A DNA stretch of 54,651 nucleotides, taken from contig PS015236.1 in NCBI GenBank assembly GCA_048213135.1, positions 38,742-93,392 on the forward strand. The letters run 5' to 3'. The notes under the pieces are model-generated. The model saw nothing but the letters and a program-made list of their open reading frames with translations. It ran no database searches and was not told the origin of the DNA. The DNA is from Reclinomonas americana ATCC 50394. Taxonomy: Eukaryota. Positions within the stretch are counted from its first letter, which is position 1; each line of letters opens with the position of its first letter. This document shows, one piece after another, positions 1-13,400 of the stretch. The translations under genes were made by a program, and so were the position numbers.

Positions 1-1635
1 GCAAGCCTCGTTGCGCAAAACTCACCAATAGCGCGACCATGCCGGCCACCAGCGTTTTCAGCGTGTCGCGAATCTGCTGAAGGAGACGAGCGTAGCCCCA
101 CGTATCCAGTACGCGATCTCGCGCCGCTAACCCCACCAACTTGTCCGCCGAGTGAATGACCGTCTGCGGTGCACATTGTTTGGCAGGAGCGCTGCTGAGA
201 AAAATACGATCTACAACGTACCGACACCACCGACGCTGGGATGAATTGGCTGACATTCTTGAGGGCGTTGGCAGCCAGGGACACCGCCAGGAGTGCATTG
301 GTCCGTGACACAGAGCGGGGCGTGAGATTGGCCGCCACGCTGCGTGTGTGTACAAGGTCAATAACGGTTGTGGAAAGGAAAATGGCGCAAATCAGCAACG
401 AAACTCGACCACGGCCATACACGCCGCAAACACGGTGGGCACGCTGTCGGGGAACTGGCGAGTGGGCACGGCCCAGGCCACCTGCACAAGCTGCTGGGCC
501 ATGTACATGACCGCGTTGTCCAGTGCATCACCTGCAGCACCGAGAGTGAGATCATCAGAGGACAGGGGGAAAATGACAGGGAACCCCACCACGCAACTGA
601 CGCTCGTGCCCGGCTGCGACATGGCAAGGTCGGCGTGGGTCCACAGCGTGCTGGCCAGCACAGACATGCGCCCGGCGGCGACAGCAATGTCGGCTGGCAA
701 TCGGGTGCGCAGCAAACCCACGACTGCATCGGTTTGCATGACCATGGCGCCCACCACATCGCCCGTCGACACAATAACAGGCCGTACGACAACTGTGGAG
801 GTGACGGTGAAGCTGACGAGGCGGAGTGAGGAGTGGGGGACAGCAGAAAAAATGCAACACGACCAAAACCTGGCTTGATAAACGTCGCGGATAATCACGC
901 CGACGGTGAGTTGATACGCATCGCCAGTTTTGCCAGCGGGGAGAGTATGCAATCGACTGGTCCGCTGAGACGAGACCTCCAGTGTCAACTGCACGAAGTG
1001 GGGCGAAGGAGGGTTGGGCAAAGAGGCGTGGCGCGGTTTCTCCCCGCCACACTCACCATCAGCTGCGTCGACGGCTCCACGAAAAAGTAGGAAAAGGACA
1101 CTGCCAGAGTTGGGTAAACAAGGGTGAGAAAGAAATAAGCATCGCCCGGCATGCACATCACGCAACGGGGGCCATCGGCATCCGTGTAGCCGTCCACCTT
1201 GAATGTGAACTCGGTCGACAGCTCGCCANNNNNNNNNNNNNNNNNNNNNNNNNNNNNNNNNNNNNNNNNNNNNNNNNNNNNNNNNNNNNNNNNNNNNNNN
1301 NNNNNNNNNNNNNNNNNNNNNNNNNNNNNNNNNNNNNNNNNNNNNNNNNNNNNNNNNNNNNNNNNNNNNNNNNNNNNNNNNNNNNNNNNNNNNNNNNNNN
1401 NNNNNNNNNNNNNNNNNNNNNNNNNNNNNNNNNNNNNNNNNNNNNNNNNNNNNNNNNNNNNNNNNNNNNNNNNNNNNNNNNNNNNNNNNNNNNNNNNNNN
1501 NNNNNNNNNNNNNNNNNNNNNNNNNNNNNNNNNNNNNNNNNNNNNNNNNNNNNNNNNNNNNNNNNNNNNNNNNNNNNNNNNNNNNNNNNNNNNNNNNNNN
1601 NNNNNNNNNNNNNNNNNNNNNNNNNNNNNNNNNNN

Positions 1636-1674
<39 letters not shown>

Positions 1675-4600
1675 GGAGAACGAGTCAGGTGTGCGCCACG
1701 CACGAGGATGAATATGGAAAGCATACCTACGTCGTCGACCACGAGCTGCGCGCTGTACGACTTGCCGCCGGCAAAGGTGCCTGCCTGTGCCACCAAGGCC
1801 GGCGGCTGCTTTTTGCCCTGCGGGACCAATTCAATCGACGCACTCGGCACCTGCACCGGCACAGGCGTTCCGTCTGCGCAAGCAATGAGAACTCAACCAC
1901 TATGACAAGAAAGAGAGAGGCGGGGGGGCCTTACCGAGCGCCGTGACACGCCACGATAATGTCGCATCAGTCGGCACCGCGCCAGTGACCGTCGCCGACA
2001 ACACCAGCCGCACGTGCGGGTCGAGGTGATTGAAGCCGGTGTCCAGCGCCGAGGCCGTCGACTGCGTCGCAGATGAGAACACGCGCACACACACAGCAAT
2101 GAAAAGAAAGAGGGGACGCGAGAGCCTCACCAACTTGAACACAATGTCCACCGGATTGCCACGCAGCATGACACCACGGACCGCCGTCCGCCGCAGCTTT
2201 GGCGCCGGCACGGGAGACAAAGAAGGAGGAGAAGTAGACGGAGCGTCAAGCACATGCAGCTCCGACGATGGCAGCGGCACACCAACAACTGCGCGCACAA
2301 AAACGTGAGCCGCAAAGGGNNNNNNNNNNNNNNNNNNNNNNNNNNNNNNNNNNNNNNNNNNNNNNNNNNNNNNNNNNNNNNNNNNNNNNNNNNNNNNNNN
2401 NNNNNNNNNNNNNNNNNNNNNNNNNNNNNNNNNNNNNNNNNNNNNNNNNNNNNNNNNNNNNNNNNNNNNNNNNNNNNNNNNNNNNNNNNNNNNNNNNNNN
2501 NNNNNNNNNNNNNNNNNNNNNNNNNNNNNNNNNNNNNNNNNNNNNNNNNNNNNNNNNNNNNNNNNNNNNNNNNNNNNNNNNNNNNNNNNNNNNNNNNNNN
2601 NNNNNNNNNNNNNNNNNNNNNNNNNNNNNNNNNNNNNNNNNNNNNNNNNNNNNNNNNNNNNNNNNNNNNNNNNNNNNNNNNNNNNNNNNNNNNNNNNNNN
2701 NNNNNNNNNNNNNNNNNNNNNNNNNNNNNNNNNNNNNNNNNNNNNNNNNNNNNNNNNNNNNNNNNNNNNNNNNNNNNNNNNNNNNNNNNNNNNNNNNNNN
2801 NNNNNNNNNNNNNNNNNNNNNNNNNNNNNNNNNNNNNNNNNNNNNNNNNNNNNNNNNNNNNNNNNNNNNNNNNNNNNNNNNNNNNNNNNNNNNNNNNNNN
2901 NNNNNNNNNNNNNNNNNNNNNNNNNNNNNNNNNNNNNNNNNNNNNNNNNNNNNNNNNNNNNNNNNNNNNNNNNNNNNNNNNNNNNNNNNNNNNNNNNNNN
3001 NNNNNNNNNNNNNNNNNNNNNNNNNNNNNNNNNNNNNNNNNNNNNNNNNNNNNNNNNNNNNNNNNNNNNNNNNNNNNNNNNNNNNNNNNNNNNNNNNNNN
3101 NNNNNNNNNNNNNNNNNNACAGTCGAAACAGACTCATGAATACATGAAGAAAACAACGGGATAAACTGCGCCACTACATCGCCCATCACACTTTTCACCA
3201 CACTCTGCACAGAACTCGCTCACTCGTGCAGGCATGCCGGAAGGCTAGCAAGTCCACCACGCACAAAGGTCGATATCGATGGGGAAAGCGCGCCTGTCCG
3301 TCACCCATCACTCACTCTCACGTACTCGCAGAGAGTCCACCACGCACAAGATATCGAAGACGAAACAAGGAAAAGCAAGAGACGGATAAAGCGCGCCTTT
3401 GCCATCTCCCGTCACCCACTCACAGCACTCACTCTCACACGTACTCACATAAGAAGAGCAGCAAGTCCAACACACACAAGTTATCGAGGACGAAAACAAG
3501 AATAACAAGAGACATTACGCACTCGCACACTGCACTCGACAGGAGAAGGCAAGCACCTCCACGCAGAAGAAACAAGAAAAAACAGGCGACGGATAAAGCG
3601 CGTCTATCCGTCGCACGTCACCACAGTCACTCACAAATGACAGAAGAAGGCAAAAACAACTCCACAGAAGATATCAAGAAAGCAGGCATTATGGCACACT
3701 CATGCTCTCACTCACTCACTCTCTCACACTCTCTCACACGCACACACAAAGATAGGAGAAGACAATAACTCCACCAAAAATATCAGTGATGACAAAAAAC
3801 AAGAAAAACAGGCAGCAACACACTCACAGCACTCTCTCACACACAAACACACTCACTGGCCACACTCACTCACTCTCTCACACACACAAAGATATGAGAA
3901 GACGAAAACTCCCACGCACATNNNNNNNNNNNNNNNNNNNNNNNNNNNNNNNNNNNNNNNNNNNNNNNNNNNNNNNNNNNNNNNNNNNNNNNNNNNNNNN
4001 NNNNNNNNNNNNNNNNNNNNNNNNNNNNNNNNNNNNNNNNNNNNNNNNNNNNNNNNNNNNNNNNNNNNNNNNNNNNNNNNNNNNNNNNNNNNNNNNNNNN
4101 NNNNNNNNNNNNNNNNNNNNNNNNNNNNNNNNNNNNNNNNNNNNNNNNNNNNNNNNNNNNNNNNNNNNNNNNNNNNNNNNNNNNNNNNNNNNGATATCAG
4201 TGACAAAACAAGAAAAAAACAGGCAGCAACACACTCACAGCACTCTCACACACATACACACACTACACTCGTTCTCTCTCTGTCTCTGTCTCTCTCTCTT
4301 TCTCTCTCTCTATCTCACACACACTCTTTGCGCGCGAACAATTCCCCCGCTCTCTCTCCGTTCCAGCACACACTCACCAGTGATCACTGCCACTGCTGCA
4401 CCCTTCCCACCACACAAGTACACCACACCAGGCACACACTGCGCCTCCACTGTCACCACCACAGCAAGCAGAGTGCTGCTGCTGCTGTCGTCGTCACCAC
4501 GCTTCTCCACGTGCACATGCGCTTCACGCGTGGAGCATGCAGCATCTCGTGTGGCGTGGACAGTGAGTGGTGCAGTGGAGAGGTGACATGAGAAGGCGAG

Positions 4601-4717
4601 CGAGTGGCCGGCGAGAACCCACGAGGGAGAGGTGATGTGTGTGCATGTTGCGGAGGCAGTGGTGGTGGCGAGGAGGCAGCAGAGAGCCACGAGGAAGAGT
4701 AATGAGGCGCCTCTCAT
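1..4717 (-). CDS. Multi-exon secreted/membrane protein, REJ (polycystin-1/PKDREJ-like) domain; 3' end outside window
   Basis: ATG at 4717 begins a signal peptide (MRGASLLFLVALCCLLATTTASA). Later exons carry REJ-like beta-sandwich motifs: HLDPHVRLVLSATV..LSWRV, LVAQAGTFAGGKSYSAQLVV and LPAGKTGDAYQLTVGVIIRDVYQA. Three assembly gaps interrupt the model. Confidence 0.5.
1636..1670. repeat. (GA)n microsatellite at gap edge
   Basis: Direct reading. Confidence 0.95.
3280..4330. repeat. Degenerate intronic tandem repeats with CA/CT microsatellites
   Basis: ACGGATAAAGCGCG(C/T)CT recurs near 3381 and 3589 with a partial copy near 3285. ATATCAGTGA..CAAGAAAA..CAGGCAGCAACACACTCACAGCACTCTC occurs near 3780 and 4194, on either side of a gap. 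Confidence 0.7.
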
Positions 4718-5460
4718 GTGCGCATGTGCGTGTGTGAGAGAGAGAGGAGACTCACACACTCCGATGCAGTCACGATGGTGGTCGGGGTGCGCGAATTTCG
4801 AAAAAACACTAATTCGTGAAAAACCATTTCTCGCGATATCGGAGTTGTACATGCTTGAGATACAGGTGCATAACAAGCTGTCTGTTGGTGAGCATGCCAC
4901 CCCAACCGCACAGGCGGTGAGGTTGATGGTGGCGGAAGGAGAATGAATTGCAAATGTGTGTCCGAATTCATTTGACCGTGAATTCACGATCACAGTTGCT
5001 AACAACAACAACAAAGCTGATATTGTCCAATTTCGTGCCCCGCTATGCTGCGCAGCTGTTGCAGCAGGGCCAGATCAGAAGCGACGTTGTATGCAGATCT
5101 CCATAGAATAGCGGCAGCGCATTGGGCAAACAACTGCGCTGTTGATCATGAGGCCGCGAAATCTGTCTCGCGATCGGGGCTAGCGCTCGGCACGGCCGCG
5201 CGCGCGCCTTTGACAACAACAACAACAAATTCATTCACCAACAAACAAGCAACAGCTGTCTTGATGATCAGTTTGACCATATCCAAAACATCAACACAGA
5301 CACCAATCTTGAGGCAGCAGCAGGTTTTCTTGTGCTCTGCGCCACACCCTCCCCCCTCCTTTCCCCCTCCCCTTCGTCATTGCATTTTCGTATTCATTCT
5401 ATTGTTTTTTCTTCGCACTTTCTCTCTTTCCCCCTCTATATCCACCTTCCCTCTCCCCGA

Positions 5461-6793
5461 TCACCGACACGCCAGCTGCGTCCGTCCACGAGTGGACAAG
5501 TGCGACCCGCCAGCCAGCTCCGACTCAATGTCGTTCAGCAGCAGCGAGGTGGGCGTTGGGTGCTGTTGGAGGGGCGGCCGGGCGGCAAGTGTGCCATGGT
5601 TGGTCGCCACCGCCGGCGTCTCCGTCATGTTGGAGTTGCGTCGCAAAGCAGCAGCTGCCTGTGCCGGTGCAGGCGCCGCTGCTGCTGCCGCCGCCGCCGC
5701 TGCCGCCGCCGCTCGCTTGGTCACTGAGTGGTCGGCGGGGATGAGACCCTGCATGCGGTACTGCTGGGACCGCTGCCTCATCAAGCGCGACTCCTCCGCA
5801 TTCAGCGGCAGCATCGAGAACCGTACGAGCTCCGCTTCAATGTCGGCCATCAGCTCCTCCATCGAGTCGGAGGCCGCATGATGCCGCCGCGGGGCACTCG
5901 TGGCCGCCGGTGGCGCCGTGGGAGGCTGCGGTTGTGCAGGACGCTGCTGCGGCTGCTGGTGATGACGAGCATGCGGGCTCGGCGATCGACTCGGCACAGT
6001 GCCCGACACGCGCTTCTGTTGCTGTTGCTGTTGTTGTTGCTCTTGTCGCTGCTGCACCACCGGCTTCTTCTTCAACGGGATCGAGCGTCGTCGAGTCCTC
6101 CTGCGTCCTCCACTGCCCGACCCGCGCACATTATTCCGCCGCGGCCTCTCATCCTCCTCGTCCTCATCGTCCTCATCGATATCCCCCAGCACGTCGTCAT
6201 CAATCGTCTGAATCGGGGCGCGTCGACGGCGACCGTGTCCCTCGTCCTCCGCCTCCGAGGCCGTGGCACTGCTCGAGCCCGTCGCCAACGACGCCGTCGC
6301 GCTGTTGCTCGCGGCCGGCACCACTGTCAAGTGCTTTGTCGCTGCCTGTTGTTTGCCGGCAGGTTTCGCGCCCTTGCGTGGTCGCACATTCAAGTCATGC
6401 AGCACCGCGTCAGCGACCATGGCCATCACTGCGGCTGCTCAAACACGCAGTGCATATTCAGCGACACAATGATTGAGGTGGTGGAAAAACGACAAAATTG
6501 GATGCGTCGCACTCAACTGGAAGGATCCTTGGCGTCGACTGCTGCAGCAGTGACTCTTACTGCTGCTGCTGCAGTGCCGCGTGTCTGCTTGTGTCGATGT
6601 TGTGTGTGCACACCGGATGCGGGCGCAACTGTGCGCACACACACACAAAGAGTGAGTCTGAGTGCGAGAGAGAGAGACTGTGTGTGTGTGCGTGAGGAGC
6701 GCAACTGGAGTGTAGGTCAGTGAGTGCGGGTCCTTGTGCACTGTCCTGCCGCGACGCTGCCACCGCGGCTGCGGACGATGACTTGCACCCCAT
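5461..6793 (-). CDS. Hypothetical low-complexity protein with N-terminal MGCKSS acylation motif and four LD-like helical motifs
   Basis: Exon 1 is 6793-6706 (donor GTTGCG), exon 2 is 6628-6518 (donor GTTGAGT), and exon 3 from 6434 joins the 322-aa ORF in frame, ending at TGA 5461. The 3' end is uncertain. Confidence 0.6.
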
Positions 6794-6904
6794 CTCGCCT
6801 TCTCTCGTGCAACGCGTGAAAAATCGACGTTTTCGGTTTTACGTAGCGACCGATTTGGTCTACATAAAGAAATATCGAGTGGAGTGAGTGAGAGAGAGCG
6901 AGAA

Positions 6905-9900
6905 ATGGGCGGTCAATCATCGCGTTCGCTCATGTACGACACGACGCCGGTGAATCCGGCTGGTCGAGTGGCAATGGTGTGGGGAGGAGGCGATGAGAAG
7001 GGTGTGGGGTTGGCCGTGGTGCGCGAGTTGTTGGATTTGGGCATGCACGTGTGGGTGGTGGATGAGGAGCGGAGGAGAGCGAGTGCCGAGGATGTGTTGC
7101 GGCGATGTGAGTGGCGGACTGAGGGAGAGAGAAGGGGAGGGAGACTTTCGGGACAAACGAGATCGTGGATCTCCTTGTGTGGCACGTGTGTAGACAACAA
7201 CAGGCGTGTGTGTGCCTGTGTGTCTCTTTGTGTGAGGGAGAGAGACACACAGGCACAGGCGCGGAAGCAGCAGTAACAGCAGTGATCGTGAGTGACTTGG
7301 AATTCAGGACAACGTCCGGATCGTACTTTCTCCTTCTCTCTCACACACACACTTGCTTGTGGTGGGCGCAGTGAGTCACACTGCACTTGTTTCCACACAC
7401 ACGCGCGACAGAGAAAAGAGCAGAGAGAGCACGCGCGTGTGTGAGATTTGGGACAACTCTGTCCTTCTCTCTCTCTTCAATAGCACTCGTACATCCGCAC
7501 ACTGAGAGACGCGCTTGCACGCACGATGTCTGTGATGAGAAGCTGATCAAGAGAGGGAGAGAGGAGGTGAAACACTGCACAACCGCCACTCTAATGTGTC
7601 GTCCAACTGACACAGACAGAAAAGGCACTCGATCGATCACTCTCTCCTCCTTCTGCTTCCTCTGTCTTTTCCTTTCTGCAAGCGCTGTTCTTGTTCTTCT
7701 CTTCCTCTTGATCCTGCTCTTTCTCATCCTGTTTCTTTTTCAGGTTTTCCTCCTGATTTTCCTTGCACTACTTTACACTGTCCTTCGTTTTTCTTCTCCT
7801 TCTCCTTCCTTGTCCTCCGTTGTCCTTCTCCCTCTACTCCTATTACTCCTGTTTATCCTGCCTCCTCCTTCTCCAGCTCGCTCTCTTTTTGTTTCTCTCC
7901 TTCCCCTCCTTCCCCTCCTCCTTCTCCTCCTTCCCCCTCCGGTTCCTCCTCCTCCTCCTCGTCCTTCTCCTTCCCCTCCTTCCCCTCCTTCCCCTCCTTC
8001 CCTCCTTCCCCTCCTTCCCCTCCTTCCCCTCCTTCCCCTCCTTCCCCTTCGCTTCCCCTTCGCTTCCCCTTCGCTTCCCCTTCGCTTCCCCTTCGCTTCC
8101 CCCTTCTCATTCCCNNNNNNNNNNNNNNNNNNNNNNNNNNNNNNNNNNNNNNNNNNNNNNNNNNNNNNNNNNNNNNNNNNNNNNNNNNNNNNNNNNNNNN
8201 NNNNNNNNNNNNNNNNNNNNNNNNNNNNNNNNNNNNNNNNNNNNNNNNNNNNNNNNNNNNNNNNNNNNNNNNNNNNNNNNNNNNNNNNNNNNNNNNNNNN
8301 NNNNNNNNNNNNNNNNNNNNNNNNNNNNNNNNNNNNNNNNNNNNNNNNNNNNNNNNNNNNNNNNNNNNNNNNNNNNNNNNNNNNNNNNNNNNNNNNNNNN
8401 NNNNNNNNNNNNNNNNNNNNNNNNNNNNNNNNNNNNNNNNNNNNNNNNNNNNNNNNNNNNNNNNNNNNNNNNNNNNNNNNNNNNNNNNNNNNNNNNNNNN
8501 NNNNNNNNNNNNNNNNNNNNNNNNNNNNNNNNNNNNNNNNNNNNNNNNNNNNNNNNNNNNNNNNNNNNNNNNNNNNNNNNNNNNNNNNNNNNNNNNNNNN
8601 NNNNNNNNNNNNNNNNNNNNNNNNNNNNNNNNTGCTTCCCGTTTCGCTTCCCTTCGCTTCCCTTCGCTTCCCTTCGCTTCCCTTCGCTTCCCCTTCTCAT
8701 TCCCCTTTCTCCCTCCCCTTCTCCTCCTTCCTGTCCTTCCCTTCCCCTCCCTTCCCCTCCCTTCCCCTCGCTTCCCCTCGCTTCCCCTCGCTTCCCCTCG
8801 CTTCCCCTCGCTTCCCCTCGCTTCCCCTCGCTTCCCCTGTCCTTTTCCCCTGTTCCTTCCCCCTTTTCCTTCCCCCTTGTTCCTTCCCCCTTTTCCTTCC
8901 CCCTCCTCCTCCTCCTCCCCCTTCTCCATTACCTCCCCTCACCCACCCCTCCCCTCCCACACAGCCACCAACGCCGGCGGCTTCCTCGCCGTCGACTTCT
9001 CCCGCCTCGACACTGTCCGCGAATGCTATCGCCAGTTTCGCGACATGCAGCTCCCCCTGAACCTGCTCGTGGTCACACCACCACCTCCTGCTCCTTCGCC
9101 CACGCGACCCACCGACGACGGACTGGACGCCACATGGCAGTCGCAGTTTGTGGCGCCGGCCTTCTTTTGCGTGCTGATGCAGTCGCGGTTACGCGAGACG
9201 GCCGAGGCGCACCCGGAGCAGGAGATTGACACGCGAGTGGTGGTCGGCATATCGGATGCTGCGCACCGGAGGGCGATTCCCGCGCATGGCTTGGAGGCGG
9301 CCTATGTGGCCGACAATTCGCACTTGCAGCTGGCGCAGTTTACGCTGGAGCTCGGGCGTCGCATGTTTGCGCAAGGCGTGCGGGTGGCGGTGCATGTGGC
9401 GTCGGTGGATGCCGACACGGATTACCTCGACGAGTCTACTGCGTGCGGAATGAGTGCGTGCCTGTGTGGGCATGTGAAGCTGCCGACGCGATTCAAGCTG
9501 GGCGGTGGTGCACGTAATATGTTGCGTCGAGATGTGGGAAAGGAAAGGGGGGTTCGCTGCCTGTTGTCTCACTTGTTCGTGCAGTGTGTACACCGCCACG
9601 GCCAATCGCTTCGGGCAACCGAGTGAATCGGGTCTGTACGTGCGCGCCTGTCGCGTGTCACCGACCGACACGCGCGCCCGCGATCCGAAACGCATTCAGA
9701 AGACGTGGCGCTCCGGTCTGCATCACATGGGACGCTGGCTGGCGGGCGCAGATAACTCGCGCTCACTGGCACGCTTTGCCTCGGACCGCCTGCCGCGCTT
9801 CTCGTCGGATCGGCTGCCGTCGGTGGTGCCCTCGGAGATGGCACTGCCGACGGACGGCGAGGTGCTGCCGGTGGTGACCACATCGATGCAAGTGGTGGCC

Positions 9901-10113
9901 ACTGTGGGCGAGTCGGCCGACTCGCTGCCGGTGTCGTCGCCCGCGCAGGTGGAGGTCGACGTGTGCGACGACACACCGGCGGTCGATCGCGAGGCCCCAC
10001 CGCAACTGACCATGCAGAACCTGCACATGCACCAGACGATACACAAGCCGGCCGCCAAGAGCTTCGGCTACCGGTTCCGCGAGACCACCACCGAAGCCGA
10101 GGAGGCAGTGTAA
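6905..10113 (+). CDS. Atypical short-chain dehydrogenase/reductase (WWOX/retinol dehydrogenase-like)
   Basis: MGGQSS start; Rossmann motif GRVAMVWGGGDEKGVGLAVVRELLDLG; FLAVDFSRLDTVRECYRQF..LPLNLLV; TDDGLDATWQSQF. Large first intron with a gap; intron 9521-9584; TAA at 10111-10113. Confidence 0.75.
7860..8930. repeat. Polypyrimidine minisatellites (CCTTCCCCT)n, (CTTCCCTTCG)n and (CTTCCCCTCG)n in SDR intron
   Basis: Tandem 9-11 bp units read directly on both sides of the gap. Confidence 0.9.
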
Positions 10114-10492
10114 AGCAACTCCTGTGTACAATGAATTCGATATCCTCTTTTGACAATACGAAAACAGCACGGTCGTCCGCTTTCGCCACCTGCCGCATGC
10201 GGGTCCCATTTTCGCAGAGATCGCTCTCTGCGTGCACCTCAGCAACAAAACAGCATTCTTCTTGCTCCTCTCAAAGAACACCCTTTTCACTCGGAGGCGA
10301 TGATTAGCCTACTCACTACTTTCCGCATTTGTCACGGACAAAAGACACAACACTGCACAACTCACACACGCAACAAACGCACACACCACTCCACACACAC
10401 TCACGCGAGCAACGTGTGTGTGTGTGCGCGTGCGTGTGCGTGTGTGTGCGCAACAGGGAGAGAAAGAAAGAAAGAGAGAGAGAGTGAGAGAA

Positions 10493-13400
10493 ATGAGCAC
10501 TGCGGACACCAATCATGAGGAACCAACAGGTGGAGAAGACTCACACTCTCACACACTGACTCTCACACTCACACACTCTTTTTACTCTCTCACTCACTTT
10601 TTTCACTCATTCGCTCACTTTCTCTCTCTTTCGCTCACTCACTTATTCACTCACTCCTTTTGTCACTCCCTCACACACGCGCACACACAGAGCTCACTCC
10701 CACTCACACTGTGACTCTGTTTCCCTCATTTCTCACTCACTTTCTCACTCTTTCACTGAGTCACTCTCTCTTTCACTCACTCCGTCACTCACTCTTTCAC
10801 TCACTTTCCTCCCTCTCTCTCTCTCTCTCACACTTACTCACACACTCACACACTCACTCGCACACTCGCACACTCTCTCACTCACTCTCAATGAAATATT
10901 CACAGATTCACTCACTCTCCCTCACACACACTCTCTCTCTCTCATTCGTTGGCCTTCCCTTCCCTTCTCAGCCCTCCTCTCTCTCTCTCACTCACTCACT
11001 CACTCCCTTCTCTCTTCATTCTCTCACAGATCGCTCATTTTTCCTGTTTGCGCCCTCGCATCCTCTGCGCCGCTTCTGCGCCCAGTTCGTCCACACAGAA
11101 CAAGCCGGTGCCGGTCGATACTCATATCCTTCACTCACTCACACTCTCACTCAAAACACAAAAACAAGTATTTCACCTCCTCTTTCTCCTTAACCTCTCT
11201 CGTTGTCTCTCGCGTACAGTCGGCTTCAACAGAGTCGTTGCTGCGTTCCTCATTCTCAGCGTGGTCTCTCTGGCTGCGGCCTCGCGACTGGACTTGCAAC
11301 AGAACAGCTCGTTCATTGCGCGATTCGTCTTTGCCCTCGATATCTTGCTGACAGTGTTTTTCACGTTGCGTTGCATGAAGGAGAAAGAGAGAGATGTGAG
11401 AAAGAAGGAAGGGGGAAGGGGGAAAAGGAGAAGCAAGAGGACAGGGAGCGAGGCAGAGAGCAAGAAAGTGCGGAAGAGAAACACGAAGGAGACGGAGAAA
11501 ACTAGAGTCCACTTTCTTCTTCCACTCTCCCTTGCCCAGGAGCGAGGTAGAGAGCGAGCAAGTGAAAGAGAAACACGCACTGAAGGAGACGGAGAAAACA
11601 AGAGGGAAAGGGAGAGTGGAAGAAGAGTGAGGACAGGGAGCGAGGCAGAGAGCAAGAAAGTGAAACAGTGCGGAAGAGGAACACGCAAAGGAGACGGAGA
11701 AAACAAGAGTCCTCTTTCTTCTTCCACTCTCCCTTGCCCAGGAGCGAGGCAGAGAGCAAGAAAGTGAAACAGTGTGGAAGAGGAACACACACTGAAGGAG
11801 ACGGAGAAAACAAGAGGGGAAAGAAGAGTGGAAGAAGAGTGAGGACAGGGAGCGAGGCAGAGAGCAAGGCAGTGAACAAGCGAGCACATTGAGAGAGAGA
11901 GAGAGAGATGTGTGATATGAGTAAGCAAGAGGGGAAAGGAGAAAGCAAAGATGAGAGGGGGAAGCGTGAAGGGAAGTAATTCAGGCAACAAGATGGCAAG
12001 AAAGTCACGAGAGCGGAAGAGAAGCATGCACCGAAGAGAGAGAGAGATGTGAGACACAAGAATGAGAAGACTGGAGGGGAAGGCAAGCAAAGAAGAATGA
12101 GGAGAGGAGAGGGACAGGAAGCGTGAAGGGAAGCAAGCAGAGACTGAACTGGAACACTGAGAGAGCGAGAGATGAGTGAGAAGAGAAGAGGGGAAGGCGG
12201 AAAGGAAAGAACGAAGAGGAGAGGGACAGGAAGCGTGGTGTGCAAAAGAGTCAGAGGACGAAAGTGAACAGAGCATAAGAGGAACACACACTGTGAGAGC
12301 GAGAGATAGAAGAGGGGAAGGCGGAAAGGAAAGGAGAGAGTGAAACAAATCAGTGAACAGAGCGGAATGGTACGCACACGCACAGTGCTGACTGGTGCTC
12401 GCAGTGTGGAGCTTCTGATCCGATCTGTGGCAAGTGGGGCGCGTTCGTGCATGCGGCAAAGTCGATGGCACCTGTACGAGCTGTGCATTGTAGTGGTGTC
12501 GTGGGGTGGTTTTGCGGGAGGGTTTGTGGCGCCGGCGTTCCGGACGGTGCGTGCGTTGCGGCCATTACGACTGCTGGCATTTGTGGAGTCGCAGGCGCAG
12601 CTGCTGCAGTCGTTGACGAGAAGTTTCTTCTTGTTGGCGGATGTGGCGTGGGCGTTGGTGTTGGTGGCGCTCTTGTTTTGCATCATGGGCTTGCGGTTGT
12701 TTTCTGGTGCGTTTCTTGTGGATGGAGCGGGTTGCTGTGTGCGGCGCTGTGCTGATTAAGGGTGTAGGCGATCTGGACTCGCAATGCGTGATCCCACTAT
12801 TACCGGGCGAGACGGCCGACACGTTTGATCCAACGATGGTGCGTGTGTGACGGAAGAGAGGGAAGGATATGGGAAAGAGAGAGAGAGAAAGAATGTCGGA
12901 GAGAAAGAAAGAGAGAGAGAAAGAATGACGGAGAGAAAGGAAGAAAGAATGAAAGAAAAATAAAGAAAGAAAGAGAGACAGAGAGAGAATGAGCGAGAGA
13001 GAACGTGTGAGAAAGAAAGTAAGAACGAACGAAAGAAAGAAAGAAAGACACAACGACGGAGAGAAAGAAGGGGAGCAAAGAATCAACGAATTAAAGAAAA
13101 GAAAGAAAGAAAGAAAGTAAAAAAGAAAGAAAGAGAGAGAGACGGCAGGAATAATGTGCGCTTGCGAGAGTTTATTGACGGACTTTGCAGGGCGTAGAAC
13201 CCGGAGCCTCGCCTCTTCCTTCTCTCCCCTGTTCCTTCCCCGTCTTCCTTCACCGTTCTCCTTCCCCTTGTCCTTCCCTTTCCCTCTGTTCCATTCCCCT
13301 CTTCCTCTTCTTCCCCTTTCTCCTTCCCCTGTTCCTTCTCCCTGTTCCTTCCCTCTTTTCCTTCCCCTTTCCCCTTTCCCCTTTCCCCTTTCCCCCTTCC

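Noticed and set aside
8000-8830. Telomeric repeat
   Set aside because: Units are heterogeneous 9-11-mers inside an intron with no TTAGGG-type array.
11425-11880. CRISPR-like array or transposon
   Set aside because: The spacers are themselves repeated, the context is a eukaryotic intron, and no cas gene, transposase, TIR or LTR is visible.
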